Source: Bacilli bacterium
Lineage (GTDB): Bacteria; Bacillota_I; Bacilli_A; RF39; UBA660
DNA length: 64,000 nt
Reading direction: 5' to 3'
NCBI GenBank assembly: GCA_016290195.1
Contig: JAEETF010000016.1
Location: forward strand, 12,879 to 76,878
Shown: piece by piece, positions 56,186 to 64,000 of the stretch
Position numbering within the stretch: position 1 is the stretch's first letter
How the letters are laid out: the number at the start of each line of letters is the position of its first letter
The notes under the pieces: model-generated
Database searches by the model: none
What the model was told of the DNA's origin: nothing
Seen by the model: only the letters and a program-made list of their open reading frames with translations
Made by a program: the position numbers and the translations under genes

Positions 56186-56261
56186 AAAAATCGCTTTTTT
56201 TCTTTTTTTCGACAAAATACGACATACTATTTTGTTATATTAAAAGAAAGAAGGTGATAGC

Positions 56262-57497
56262 ATGCAAATATTTTATTATCTTATTAAGACAATTGTTTTT
56301 ATTTGTTTTCCGTTACTAATATCAATAATATGTATTGCCTATAATAATAATCTAAATAAAAAAGAACAAGATATTATTCATGAAGTAGCGATTCTATCAT
56401 CTTTCTATTTAACGGCAAAATTTATTGAACCAGACAATATGTTTTATTTACTTTTTATTAATATTCCACTTCTTATGAGTTTTTTAAGAAAAAGTAAAGG
56501 ATTATCCTTAATTTTATCATTAGTATTAGCTTTGTATTATCATTTATCATTTGATTTTAACTTATACTTGGTTCTTCTAGAATATATGTTTTACTATGTT
56601 TTCTTTCTTTATTTTTTAAGAAAAAAACTGACATCAGAAATTATTATTAATTGTTTTTCAATTCTAAAGGGATTAATCATAGCATTTGAAGTTCATATTT
56701 TAAGAATTAATAATTATGGTGATTTAAAAACCATTTTTATAATCTTTTTAGCTATGACTATTTTTTATATTTTGTCTTATGGTATTTTATTTGTTTTAAA
56801 AAAGGGAAAGGAAGCAATCGAACTAAATAAAGTATTAAAGGAATTAGAAAATGAAAGAATAATTAAAAATTCTTTATTTAAAATTACTCATGAAATAAAA
56901 AATCCTATTGCGGTATGCAAAGGATATTTGGACATGATGGATTATAATAATCCCAATCAAGTAGAAAAATATAGTACTATTATAAAGTCAGAACTTAATA
57001 GATCCTTAGTTATCATGGATGATTTTGTAGATTATTCAAGGATAAAAATAAAGCCAGATATTATGGATATTATCTTGCTATTAGAAGATGTAACTGATTC
57101 AATGATATCATTATTTAAAATTAACAAATGTAAGTTAATAAAGGATATTTATGATGATGAAGTATTAATATATGGTGATTATGATAGATTGAAACAAGCA
57201 CTTGTAAACATTATTAAAAATGCTATTGAAGCATCAAAAGATAAAAAGAGTGTTCACATTACTACTAAATTACTAAAGAATAATATTATAATTAAAATAA
57301 AAGATAATGGAGTAGGTATAAAGAAAGAGGACTTAGATCACATTGGTGAACTATTTTATACTACTAAAGAAAAAGGAACTGGGCTCGGGATAAGTCTATC
57401 TAAAGAGATAATTAATGCCCATGATGGAGAACTAAACTATGAGTCAACATTGGGAAAAGGAACAGAAGTAACTATTAAATTACCAATAAAAAACTAA
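56262..57497 (+). CDS. orphan sensor histidine kinase (polytopic N-terminal sensor, HisKA and HATPase_c)
   Basis: H-box 'ITHEIKNPIAVCKGYLDMM'; N-box 'IIKNAIEAS'; G-boxes 'DNGVGI', 'GTGLGISL'. No response regulator adjacent. Confidence 0.85.
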   Translation: MQIFYYLIKTIVFICFPLLISIICIAYNNNLNKKEQDIIHEVAILSSFYLTAKFIEPDNMFYLLFINIPLLMSFLRKSKGLSLILSLVLALYYHLSFDFNLYLVLLEYMFYYVFFLYFLRKKLTSEIIINCFSILKGLIIAFEVHILRINNYGDLKTIFIIFLAMTIFYILSYGILFVLKKGKEAIELNKVLKELENERIIKNSLFKITHEIKNPIAVCKGYLDMMDYNNPNQVEKYSTIIKSELNRSLVIMDDFVDYSRIKIKPDIMDIILLLEDVTDSMISLFKINKCKLIKDIYDDEVLIYGDYDRLKQALVNIIKNAIEASKDKKSVHITTKLLKNNIIIKIKDNGVGIKKEDLDHIGELFYTTKEKGTGLGISLSKEIINAHDGELNYESTLGKGTEVTIKLPIKN

Positions 57498-57507
57498 CTA
57501 AAAATAG

Positions 57508-57672
57508 TTAGTAATAAATAGGATATGTATTATAAATTGGATATTGATAAGGATATCTATATGGATAAGGTCTATATATTAAAGGCGCTGCTAATAATCC
57601 TGCTGCAAATGGTAAAATAAAGCCCCCATTAAAATTATTGTTTTGTGGTGGACGTCTAAAATTATTATACAT
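57508..57672 (-). CDS. unannotated 54-aa Tyr/Pro-rich small protein (MYNNFRRPPQNNNFNGGFILPFAAGLLAAPLIYRPYPYRYPYQYPIYNTYPIYY)
   Basis: Translated by hand from the - strand. RBS 'aaaggagac' 4 nt before the ATG. Shorter than the 60-aa ORF-track cutoff. Confidence 0.5.
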   Translation of the reverse strand: MYNNFRRPPQNNNFNGGFILPFAAGLLAAPLIYRPYPYRYPYQYPIYNTYPIYY

Positions 57673-57679
57673 AAAAGTC

Positions 57680-57718
57680 TCCTTTCAATTTATTTTATGC
57701 CATTGTTAATAAGATGTT
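57680..57718 (-). promoter_or_regulatory. sigma-K-type sporulation promoter (AC-16 nt-CATAaaaTA) upstream of the small Tyr/Pro-rich ORF
   Basis: - strand reads 'ttaACatcttattaacaatggCATAaaaTAaattgaaaggag'. Confidence 0.4.
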
Positions 57719-57720
57719 AA

Positions 57721-57745
57721 AAAAAGAAATATTGCTATTTCTTTT
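57721..57745 (-). terminator. intrinsic terminator of the - strand metallophosphoesterase gene
   Basis: - strand 'agaaatagcaatatttct' plus 'ttttttt'. Confidence 0.55.
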
Positions 57746-58652
57746 TTATTCTATATAAATTGATACTAGGAACACTATTAAATCTTACTTTTAAGGTACT
57801 TGTACCAATACCATTAGATATGTAAATATCTTTATTATTGATATTGTAATAAGGTTTATATAATTTCTTACTGCCATATGGTAAGGCAATTGGTTTAATT
57901 AAAGGTAGTCTTACTTGACCATTGTGTGAATGACCTGCAAGTATTAAATCACAATCATATTTATAAATAAATTCATAAATATAATCTGGTTCGTGAGTTA
58001 GAATTATTCGATAATTTACATCTTTAATACTTTCATCATCTAGTTTTTCCATACTTGGTTTGCCAATAGTTAAATCATCTGTTCCATAAATTAAGATAGG
58101 GCTATTATCTAAGTTATAAATAAGATCGTAATCATTTTTTAAATAAACAAAATCACTATCAGTCATTATTTGTTCAAAATACTTGTTTGTTTCATCGTGG
58201 TTGCCAATTACAGAGTATTTACCTAAGTTAGATTTAAGCCTTTTTAATTCACGAGTTAGTAACTTAACTTCATCATCTTTTAAAGTATATTTTCTTTCAA
58301 CTAAATCTCCTGTAAAGACAATAATATCTGGTTCTAAACCATTTATCTTATCTACAACCTTTTTTAACTCATTTTCCATTATAGTACTACCATAGTGAAG
58401 ATCACTAAAATGAACTATTTTTAAGCCATTATAGTTTTCGGTTATATCTTTGTTAGTTGTAACAGTATGTTCGTGTACTTTTAATCTATATGGTTCAATT
58501 GTAAAAGCATAAACTATAGTTAAAATAAATAATAGTAAAAGTCCCCATAACAACTTTTTAAATTTGACTTTAGCTTTTTCTCTTTGCTCTTGTATTTTTT
58601 CTTCTTTTTCTTCTTTTAACTTCTTTTCAGTTCTTTCTAATCTACTTGCCAT
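57735..58652 (-). CDS. membrane-anchored metallophosphoesterase (calcineurin-like, YkuE-type)
   Basis: 'HFSDLHYG', 'FTGDLV', 'GNHD', 'GHSHNGQ'; N-terminal Lys/Glu-rich tail and a TM helix. Confidence 0.8.
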   Translation of the reverse strand: MASRLERTEKKLKEEKEEKIQEQREKAKVKFKKLLWGLLLLFILTIVYAFTIEPYRLKVHEHTVTTNKDITENYNGLKIVHFSDLHYGSTIMENELKKVVDKINGLEPDIIVFTGDLVERKYTLKDDEVKLLTRELKRLKSNLGKYSVIGNHDETNKYFEQIMTDSDFVYLKNDYDLIYNLDNSPILIYGTDDLTIGKPSMEKLDDESIKDVNYRIILTHEPDYIYEFIYKYDCDLILAGHSHNGQVRLPLIKPIALPYGSKKLYKPYYNINNKDIYISNGIGTSTLKVRFNSVPSINLYRIKKK

Positions 58653-58665
58653 ATAATCACCTCAT

Positions 58666-59355
58666 TTAATGCAGTAAAAGCGACATAATTACTAAAATAG
58701 TATTATGAAACGCATGAAATAAAATTGGTACAAAAATATTTTCTTCTTTAACATACATCAGTGCAAACATACTTCCTACAGCCCCATAAGGAATTATATA
58801 TAAAAGTTCTGTTGGACTAGTAGCGTTAGCGAGTGTATGAATATAACCAAATAATAATCCACTCATAATGATGAAAACAATATTAGTTGGGAAAACATTT
58901 CTTAAAGTTTTACGAAACAATATTTCTTCAATGAATGGTGCAAAGATACAAGCACTATAAATCATATATAGGGGAGCTTTATGTAACTCTTCCTGGACAA
59001 TTTGTTCATTAACAGCGGCACCTCTATTGATCATAATTGATATAAATATATTAGAAAACATCATAACTATCAAGCCTATTAAGTAATATCTAATGTTCCT
59101 ATTTATAAGACTAAGGCCCTTATCTTTAAATTCCTTTAGCTCTTTTTTTAAACTTTTACGATAGATAATAATAATTATTATCATATATAAGATGCCGGAA
59201 AATACTGTTAATAAGTGTTTAGTACTATCAGGTAAATTATTCATATCTAAGTTAAAGATTAATATTGGTATAAATGCAAATATAGTGTATATCAAGTAAC
59301 TGCCAATAAGTAAAAAATTTTTTAAAACATCTATGAACTTTTTAATAATAATCAC
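58666..59355 (-). CDS. CPBP-family intramembrane metalloprotease (CAAX protease/Abi-like)
   Basis: 'EEILFRK', 'FGYIH', 'HAFHN' motifs. GTG start. Confidence 0.75.
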   Translation of the reverse strand: MIIIKKFIDVLKNFLLIGSYLIYTIFAFIPILIFNLDMNNLPDSTKHLLTVFSGILYMIIIIIIYRKSLKKELKEFKDKGLSLINRNIRYYLIGLIVMMFSNIFISIMINRGAAVNEQIVQEELHKAPLYMIYSACIFAPFIEEILFRKTLRNVFPTNIVFIIMSGLLFGYIHTLANATSPTELLYIIPYGAVGSMFALMYVKEENIFVPILFHAFHNTILVIMSLLLH

Positions 59356-59458
59356 ATCCGTTACTCATTCTATTTTTTATTATAGCAAATAATTAGCACA
59401 AAATAAAGCACGCAGGATTGAAAGTTGAGACTGTTTTGATAATTTGATAATAAAGTTC

Positions 59459-59486
59459 TTGTAAAATAACTATAATATGTTATAAT
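59459..59486 (+). promoter_or_regulatory. sigma-A-like promoter TTGTAA-16-TATAAT upstream of nusA
   Basis: Read directly; a second, extended -10 'tgttataat' lies at 59522-59530. Confidence 0.4.
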
Positions 59487-59500
59487 ATTTTCGGACATCG

Positions 59501-59521
59501 AAGTGGGAATACCCACTTTTT
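59501..59521 (+). terminator. short terminator-like hairpin in the nusA leader (possible attenuator)
   Basis: 'agtgggaatacccact' plus 'ttttt' located between the two promoter-like elements. Confidence 0.4.
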
Positions 59522-59555
59522 GTGTTATAATTTGACAATTTGGAGGTATAAAAAA

Positions 59556-60620
59556 ATGAATGGGGAAGAATTTTTAAAAGCAGTAGATCATTTAGAAAAA
59601 GAAAAACATATTGATCGTAATATTATATTTGAAACGATGGAATTAGCACTTGCATCTGCCTATAAAAAAATGGGTGATGAAAAAGCTAAGGTTATAATTA
59701 ATCGTGAAACTGGTGATATTAAGATGTATGCTTGCAAGACTATTGTAGAAGAAGTAGAAGATGAAAATACAGAGATATCACTAAAAGATGCTAAGAAAAT
59801 TAATAAAGACTTAGAACTTGGAGAAGATGTTATTGGTGAAGAAATTCATCCTGAAAACTTTGGAAGAGTTGCAGCATCAACTGCTAAACAAGTAGTAGTA
59901 CAAAAAGTAAGAGAAGCAGAAAGAAATAGTATTATTGATGAGTTTAATAATAAAGAAGGCGAAATGGTAGTAGGAACAGTAGCCTTAGAAGATGTTGATA
60001 ATTACTATATAGATTTAGGTAGAACAAATGGTATCTTACCTAAAAAAGAATTAATACCTGGTGAACAAATAGAAATGGGTTCAAGTATTAAAGTATATGT
60101 AACAAAAGTAGATAGTAATTCTAAAGGAACTATTATTTTACTTTCTAGAAGACACTTTAATTTCGTTAAGAGATTATTTGAATCAGTTATTCCAGAATTA
60201 CAAGATGGATCTGTTATGATTTGGGGTGTTGCCCGTGATGCGGGAGTACGTAGTAAAGTAGCAGTATATTCAGAATATGCTAATATTGATCCAATTGGAT
60301 GTTGTATTGGTGAAAAAGGTTCACGTATTGGAAATATTATAAGTGAGTTAAATGGTGAAAAGATTGACCTAGTAAGATATGATGAGAATAAAGAAAGATT
60401 TATTCAAAATGCTTTAGCACCAGCTAAAAACTTACATGTATTTATCTTAGATCCTAAGAAAGAAGAAGCTCTAGTTATTGCCGATGGTGATGATTTCTCA
60501 TTAGCACTTGGTAAAAAAGGTGGTAATGTTCGTCTTGCAACTAGATTGACTAAATATAAGATTGATGTAAAAAATAGTGAACAAGCTAGAGAAATGGGAA
60601 TTAATATTAAATCAGAATAA
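59556..60620 (+). CDS. nusA: transcription termination/antitermination factor NusA
   Basis: 'MNGEEFLKAVDHLEKEKHI...', S1 and KH domains. The ORF-track start at 59520 is upstream of the likely ATG. Confidence 0.9.
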   Translation: MNGEEFLKAVDHLEKEKHIDRNIIFETMELALASAYKKMGDEKAKVIINRETGDIKMYACKTIVEEVEDENTEISLKDAKKINKDLELGEDVIGEEIHPENFGRVAASTAKQVVVQKVREAERNSIIDEFNNKEGEMVVGTVALEDVDNYYIDLGRTNGILPKKELIPGEQIEMGSSIKVYVTKVDSNSKGTIILLSRRHFNFVKRLFESVIPELQDGSVMIWGVARDAGVRSKVAVYSEYANIDPIGCCIGEKGSRIGNIISELNGEKIDLVRYDENKERFIQNALAPAKNLHVFILDPKKEEALVIADGDDFSLALGKKGGNVRLATRLTKYKIDVKNSEQAREMGINIKSE

Positions 60621-60639
60621 ATTTTAAAGGAGGTTTACC

Positions 60640-60903
60640 ATGAATAAAAAGATTCCAATGAGAAGTTGTGTTATAACAAAAGAAAAATTTCCTAAAAAAG
60701 AATTAATAAGAGTTGTAAAAACTAAAGAAGGAAATGTTGAAATTGATTTAACAGGTAAAATGAATGGTCATGGAGCCTATTTAAAAAAAGATAAAGATGT
60801 TATCTTAAAAGCTAAACAAAGTAAGGCATTAGATCATTATTTAGAAACAACTATTAATGATGAAATATATGATAAATTAATTAATATAATAGAAGGTGAA
60901 TAG
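60640..60903 (+). CDS. ylxR: YlxR/DUF448 RNA-binding protein
   Basis: 'IPMRSCVITKEK' plus its conserved position after nusA. Confidence 0.8.
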   Translation: MNKKIPMRSCVITKEKFPKKELIRVVKTKEGNVEIDLTGKMNGHGAYLKKDKDVILKAKQSKALDHYLETTINDEIYDKLINIIEGE

Positions 60904-60904
60904 T

Positions 60905-61360
60905 ATGGAAAACAAAAGATTAAGTTGGGATGAATACTTTATGAATATAGCAGAAGATGTATCTCTAAGATCAACTTGCAGAAGACATGTTGGAGCAGTA
61001 ATAACAGTTGATAATATTATTGTATCGACAGGTTATAATGGTTCTCCAAAAGGATTAAAACATTGTAGTGAACAAGGTGGTTGCATGAGAGAATTAAATA
61101 ATATTCCATCTGGTACTAGACAAGAATTTTGTAGAGCAGTACATGCTGAACAAAATGCTATTATTCAAGCAGCTGTTCATGGTGCAAAGATACAAGGTGG
61201 AACTATTTATGTTAATACTTATCCATGTTCTATTTGCGCAAGAATGATTATTAATGCAGAGATAAAAAGAATTGTATATGACAGTGATTATTCTGATGAA
61301 TTAGCCAAAGAATTATTAGATGAATCAGATATAGAGGTTGTAAGATATAAGAAAAAATAA
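60905..61360 (+). CDS. dCMP/cytidine deaminase-family zinc enzyme (ComEB-like)
   Basis: 'HAEQNAI' and 'PCSICARMII' CDA zinc motifs. RBS 'gaaggtga'. Confidence 0.75.
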   Translation: MENKRLSWDEYFMNIAEDVSLRSTCRRHVGAVITVDNIIVSTGYNGSPKGLKHCSEQGGCMRELNNIPSGTRQEFCRAVHAEQNAIIQAAVHGAKIQGGTIYVNTYPCSICARMIINAEIKRIVYDSDYSDELAKELLDESDIEVVRYKKK

Positions 61361-61377
61361 CAAGGAGGCGATTTTAT

Positions 61378-63468
61378 ATGATGAGTGTTTTAGAATACGC
61401 ACAAGATGTTGATAAAAAAGTAGAAACTATTTTAAGATTATGCCAAAAGTTAAATATTAAAGTAGAAAAAGAAGAAGATATGCTAAGTGAAGAGGATATT
61501 ATTAACTTAGATAATAGTCTTGATTTAGAAGATGACTTTGATTTAATTGAAAAAGCAGAAGCTATAGCTTTGGAAAGTGATTTAATTGAAGAAGAGTATA
61601 ATGATGTTAAAACAGAAAAAATAAGAAAACAAGCACCAATTATCAAAAAAGAAAATAGAGAGTTCTTAAAAGATAAAAAAGCTATTTATAAACATAAAGA
61701 AAAATTAGAAAAGAATGTTAAGGAAGACAACGTTATACTATATCATCAAGGTATGACTGTTAAAGAGGTAGCAGAGGCTGTTAATGATTCTGTTAATAAT
61801 ATTATTAAGAAATTAATGGGATTAGGTATGATGGCAAACCTTAATCAATCATTAGAATTTGATGTAGTAGAAATGTTAGTTGTTGATTATGGTAAAAATT
61901 TAAAGAAAGAAGAAACTCGTGACATATCTAATTTTGAAGAGTATGAACTAGTAGACGATGAAAAAGATTTAGTACCTCGTCCACCAGTTGTAACAATTAT
62001 GGGACACGTTGACCATGGTAAAACAACTCTTCTTGACTACATTAGAAAAAGTCATGTAGCAGAAAAAGAAGCTGGAGGAATAACTCAAGCAATTGGAGCA
62101 TATCAAGTTGATATTGATAATAGAAAGATTACTTTTATCGATACTCCAGGACATGAAGCATTTACAGAAATGCGTGCAAGAGGTGCAAGTGTTACGGATA
62201 TAGTTATTATAATTGTAGCCGCTAATGATGGTGTAAAACCTCAAACTAAAGAAGCTATTGCCCATGCTAAAGCCGCTAAAGTACCAATTATCGTAGCCAT
62301 TAATAAGATTGATTTAAAAGATTCTAAGATAGATAGAGTAATGGAAGAATTAACGGAAAATGGACTTACTCCAGAAGAATGGGGCGGAGATACTTTAGTT
62401 AATAAGATATCAGCAAAATCTGGTGAAGGTGTTAAAGAGTTACTAGAAAATGTACTATTAGTCGCTGATATGGAAGAACTAAAGGCTAATCCAAATCGAT
62501 ATGCAGCAGGAACTGTTATTGAAGCAAGACTTGATAAAAATGTTGGAGCAATTTGCACTTTATTAGTACAAAATGGAACTTTAAGATTAGGAGACCCAAT
62601 AGTTGTTGGTAATAACTATGGTAAAGTAAGAACATTAAAGAATGATAAAGGAGAAAATATTGTAACAGCACTTCCATCAACACCAATTGAGATAACAGGA
62701 CTTACTACTTTGCCTGTAGCGGGTGACAAATTTATGGCATTTGAAACCGAAAAAGAGGCAAGAAAGATTTCAGAAGAAAGAATTAATCGTAGTAAAGAAG
62801 AAAATCATAATCGTAAAGGTATGACTTTAGAAGATTTATTCAGTACTATAAAATCTGGAGTTAAAGAAATAAATGTTATTTTAAAAGCAGATGTAAAGGG
62901 TAGCGAAGAAGCTGTTAAGAAAAGCTTAGAGAAGATTGATGTTGAAGGTGTAAGAGTTAATGTTATAAGTAGTGGTACAGGAGCCATTACGGAAAGTGAT
63001 ATTTTATTAGCCGATGCATCTAAAGCAATTATTATTGGTTTTAATATTAGACCAAATAATAAAATTAGTGACTTTGCCGAAGAGCATCATGTTGATTTAA
63101 GACTTCATGATATCATTTATAAAGTAACAGAAGAATTAGAACAAGCTATGATAGGTATGCTTGATCCAGAATATGAAGAAAAAGTAACTGGTGAAGCAGA
63201 AGTAAGACAAATATTTAAATTCTCTAAAGTTGGTAATATTGCAGGATGTAATGTTACTAATGGTGTAATTAAAAATGGCAGTCTTGCGCGTATCATTCGT
63301 GATGGTGTAGTTATCTATTCTGGTAAGATTGGTTCACTTCAAAGAGGAAAAGATAAGACTAACGAAGTTAAAAAAGGTTTAGATTGTGGTATTACAGTGG
63401 CAGATTATCAAGACATTAAAGAAAAAGATATAATTGAAACTTATGAAGAAGTGGAGATAAAAAGATGA
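61378..63468 (+). CDS. infB: translation initiation factor IF-2 (short N-terminal region)
   Basis: G-domain '[12 protein letters not shown]', 'DTPGHEAF', 'NKID'. Strong RBS AAGGAGG. Confidence 0.9.
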   Translation: MMSVLEYAQDVDKKVETILRLCQKLNIKVEKEEDMLSEEDIINLDNSLDLEDDFDLIEKAEAIALESDLIEEEYNDVKTEKIRKQAPIIKKENREFLKDKKAIYKHKEKLEKNVKEDNVILYHQGMTVKEVAEAVNDSVNNIIKKLMGLGMMANLNQSLEFDVVEMLVVDYGKNLKKEETRDISNFEEYELVDDEKDLVPRPPVVTIMGHVDHGKTTLLDYIRKSHVAEKEAGGITQAIGAYQVDIDNRKITFIDTPGHEAFTEMRARGASVTDIVIIIVAANDGVKPQTKEAIAHAKAAKVPIIVAINKIDLKDSKIDRVMEELTENGLTPEEWGGDTLVNKISAKSGEGVKELLENVLLVADMEELKANPNRYAAGTVIEARLDKNVGAICTLLVQNGTLRLGDPIVVGNNYGKVRTLKNDKGENIVTALPSTPIEITGLTTLPVAGDKFMAFETEKEARKISEERINRSKEENHNRKGMTLEDLFSTIKSGVKEINVILKADVKGSEEAVKKSLEKIDVEGVRVNVISSGTGAITESDILLADASKAIIIGFNIRPNNKISDFAEEHHVDLRLHDIIYKVTEELEQAMIGMLDPEYEEKVTGEAEVRQIFKFSKVGNIAGCNVTNGVIKNGSLARIIRDGVVIYSGKIGSLQRGKDKTNEVKKGLDCGITVADYQDIKEKDIIETYEEVEIKR

Positions 63469-63806
63469 ATGTAAGAGCCAAAAAAGTAGCAAGTAGTTTT
63501 GTTAAAGAAATAAGTTATATTATTATGGAAGATATAAAGGATCCAGATATTAAATTTGTAACTTTAACAGGGTGCGATGTAACTAATGATTTCAGTTTTG
63601 CAACTGTTTATTTCACAGTATTAAATAAAGATAGAAAAGAAAAGACAATCGAAGCTTTAAATAGAGCAGCTAATTTTATTGAATTAGAATTATCAAAAAG
63701 AATAGATATTAGAAAAATGCCAGATATAACATTTAAATATGATGATTCAATCGCTTATGGTGAGAAAATAGAACAAAAGATTAAAGAAATAAATAAAGAG
63801 GCTTAA
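63465..63806 (+). CDS. rbfA: ribosome-binding factor A
   Basis: Conserved position after infB; KH-like RbfA sequence; ATGA overlap. Confidence 0.9.
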   Translation: MNVRAKKVASSFVKEISYIIMEDIKDPDIKFVTLTGCDVTNDFSFATVYFTVLNKDRKEKTIEALNRAANFIELELSKRIDIRKMPDITFKYDDSIAYGEKIEQKIKEINKEA

Positions 63807-63856
63807 CCTCTTTATTTTTATTTTATTTTAATTTATACTTTAAATGGTGAAACTTA

Positions 63857-64000
63857 TGAATGGAATAATAGTTATTAATAAAGAAAAAAATATGACTAGT
63901 AGAGATGTTGTTAATATTGTGAGTAAAAAACTGGGAACAAAGAAAGTTGGTCATTCTGGAACACTTGATCCATTAGCAACTGGAGTATTAGTTTTAGGAG
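63857..64000 (+). CDS. truB: tRNA pseudouridine55 synthase, 5' fragment (runs off the window end)
   Basis: '[17 protein letters not shown]...[14 protein letters not shown]' TruB motif I/II with catalytic Asp. Confidence 0.8.

Noticed and set aside
61374-62558. Three - strand ORFs (90, 98 and 105 aa) inside infB
   Set aside because: They are antisense to a high-confidence IF-2 G-domain with low-complexity Ser-rich translations.

Overview
This is a very AT-rich window from an anaerobic, endospore-forming Firmicute, probably Clostridia-like; the A+T fraction was judged by eye and not computed. Most genes are on the + strand and are densely packed. Gene-level features are described first, then the accessory and unusual loci, ranked by interest.

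**Recognisable core genes**
- Sporulation genes: dacB-spmA-spmB operon, spo0A with an upstream 0A box, an orphan histidine kinase, and three CotY/CotZ/ExsY-family Cys-rich coat/exosporium paralogs.
- Fermentative metabolism: pflB-pflA, ferredoxin, gpsA, pgk, deoC.
- Translation and RNA: nusA-ylxR-infB-rbfA-truB, tyrS behind a T-box leader, rpsD, rlmD, rluB, miaB, trmL, tsaC, and a tRNA-Val-Thr-Tyr cluster.
- Second messenger: cdaA-cdaR (c-di-AMP).

**Most interesting accessory loci**
1. An ABC exporter locus (15.6-20.5 kb): a 27-codon upstream ORF plus intrinsic terminator, then the exporter, then a polytopic membrane domain fused to a SipW-type signal peptidase, a 2-TM protein, and a secreted TasA/CalY-like protein.
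2. A ~1.2 kb NUDIX/membrane-protein cassette flanked by ~64-nt diverged direct repeats of the rlmD 3' end.
3. Two paralogous type IV prepilins, one with a C-terminal LamG lectin-like domain, and an extra rbfA copy after spo0A.
4. An unannotated 54-aa Tyr/Pro-rich ORF with a sigma-K-type promoter.
5. A standalone ClpB/ClpC D1-like AAA+ ATPase flanked by thioredoxin-like membrane proteins.
6. A rhodanese lipoprotein gene with an in-frame TAA.

No CRISPR array, transposase or integrase was seen. All family assignments are from motif recognition by eye; no database search was run.
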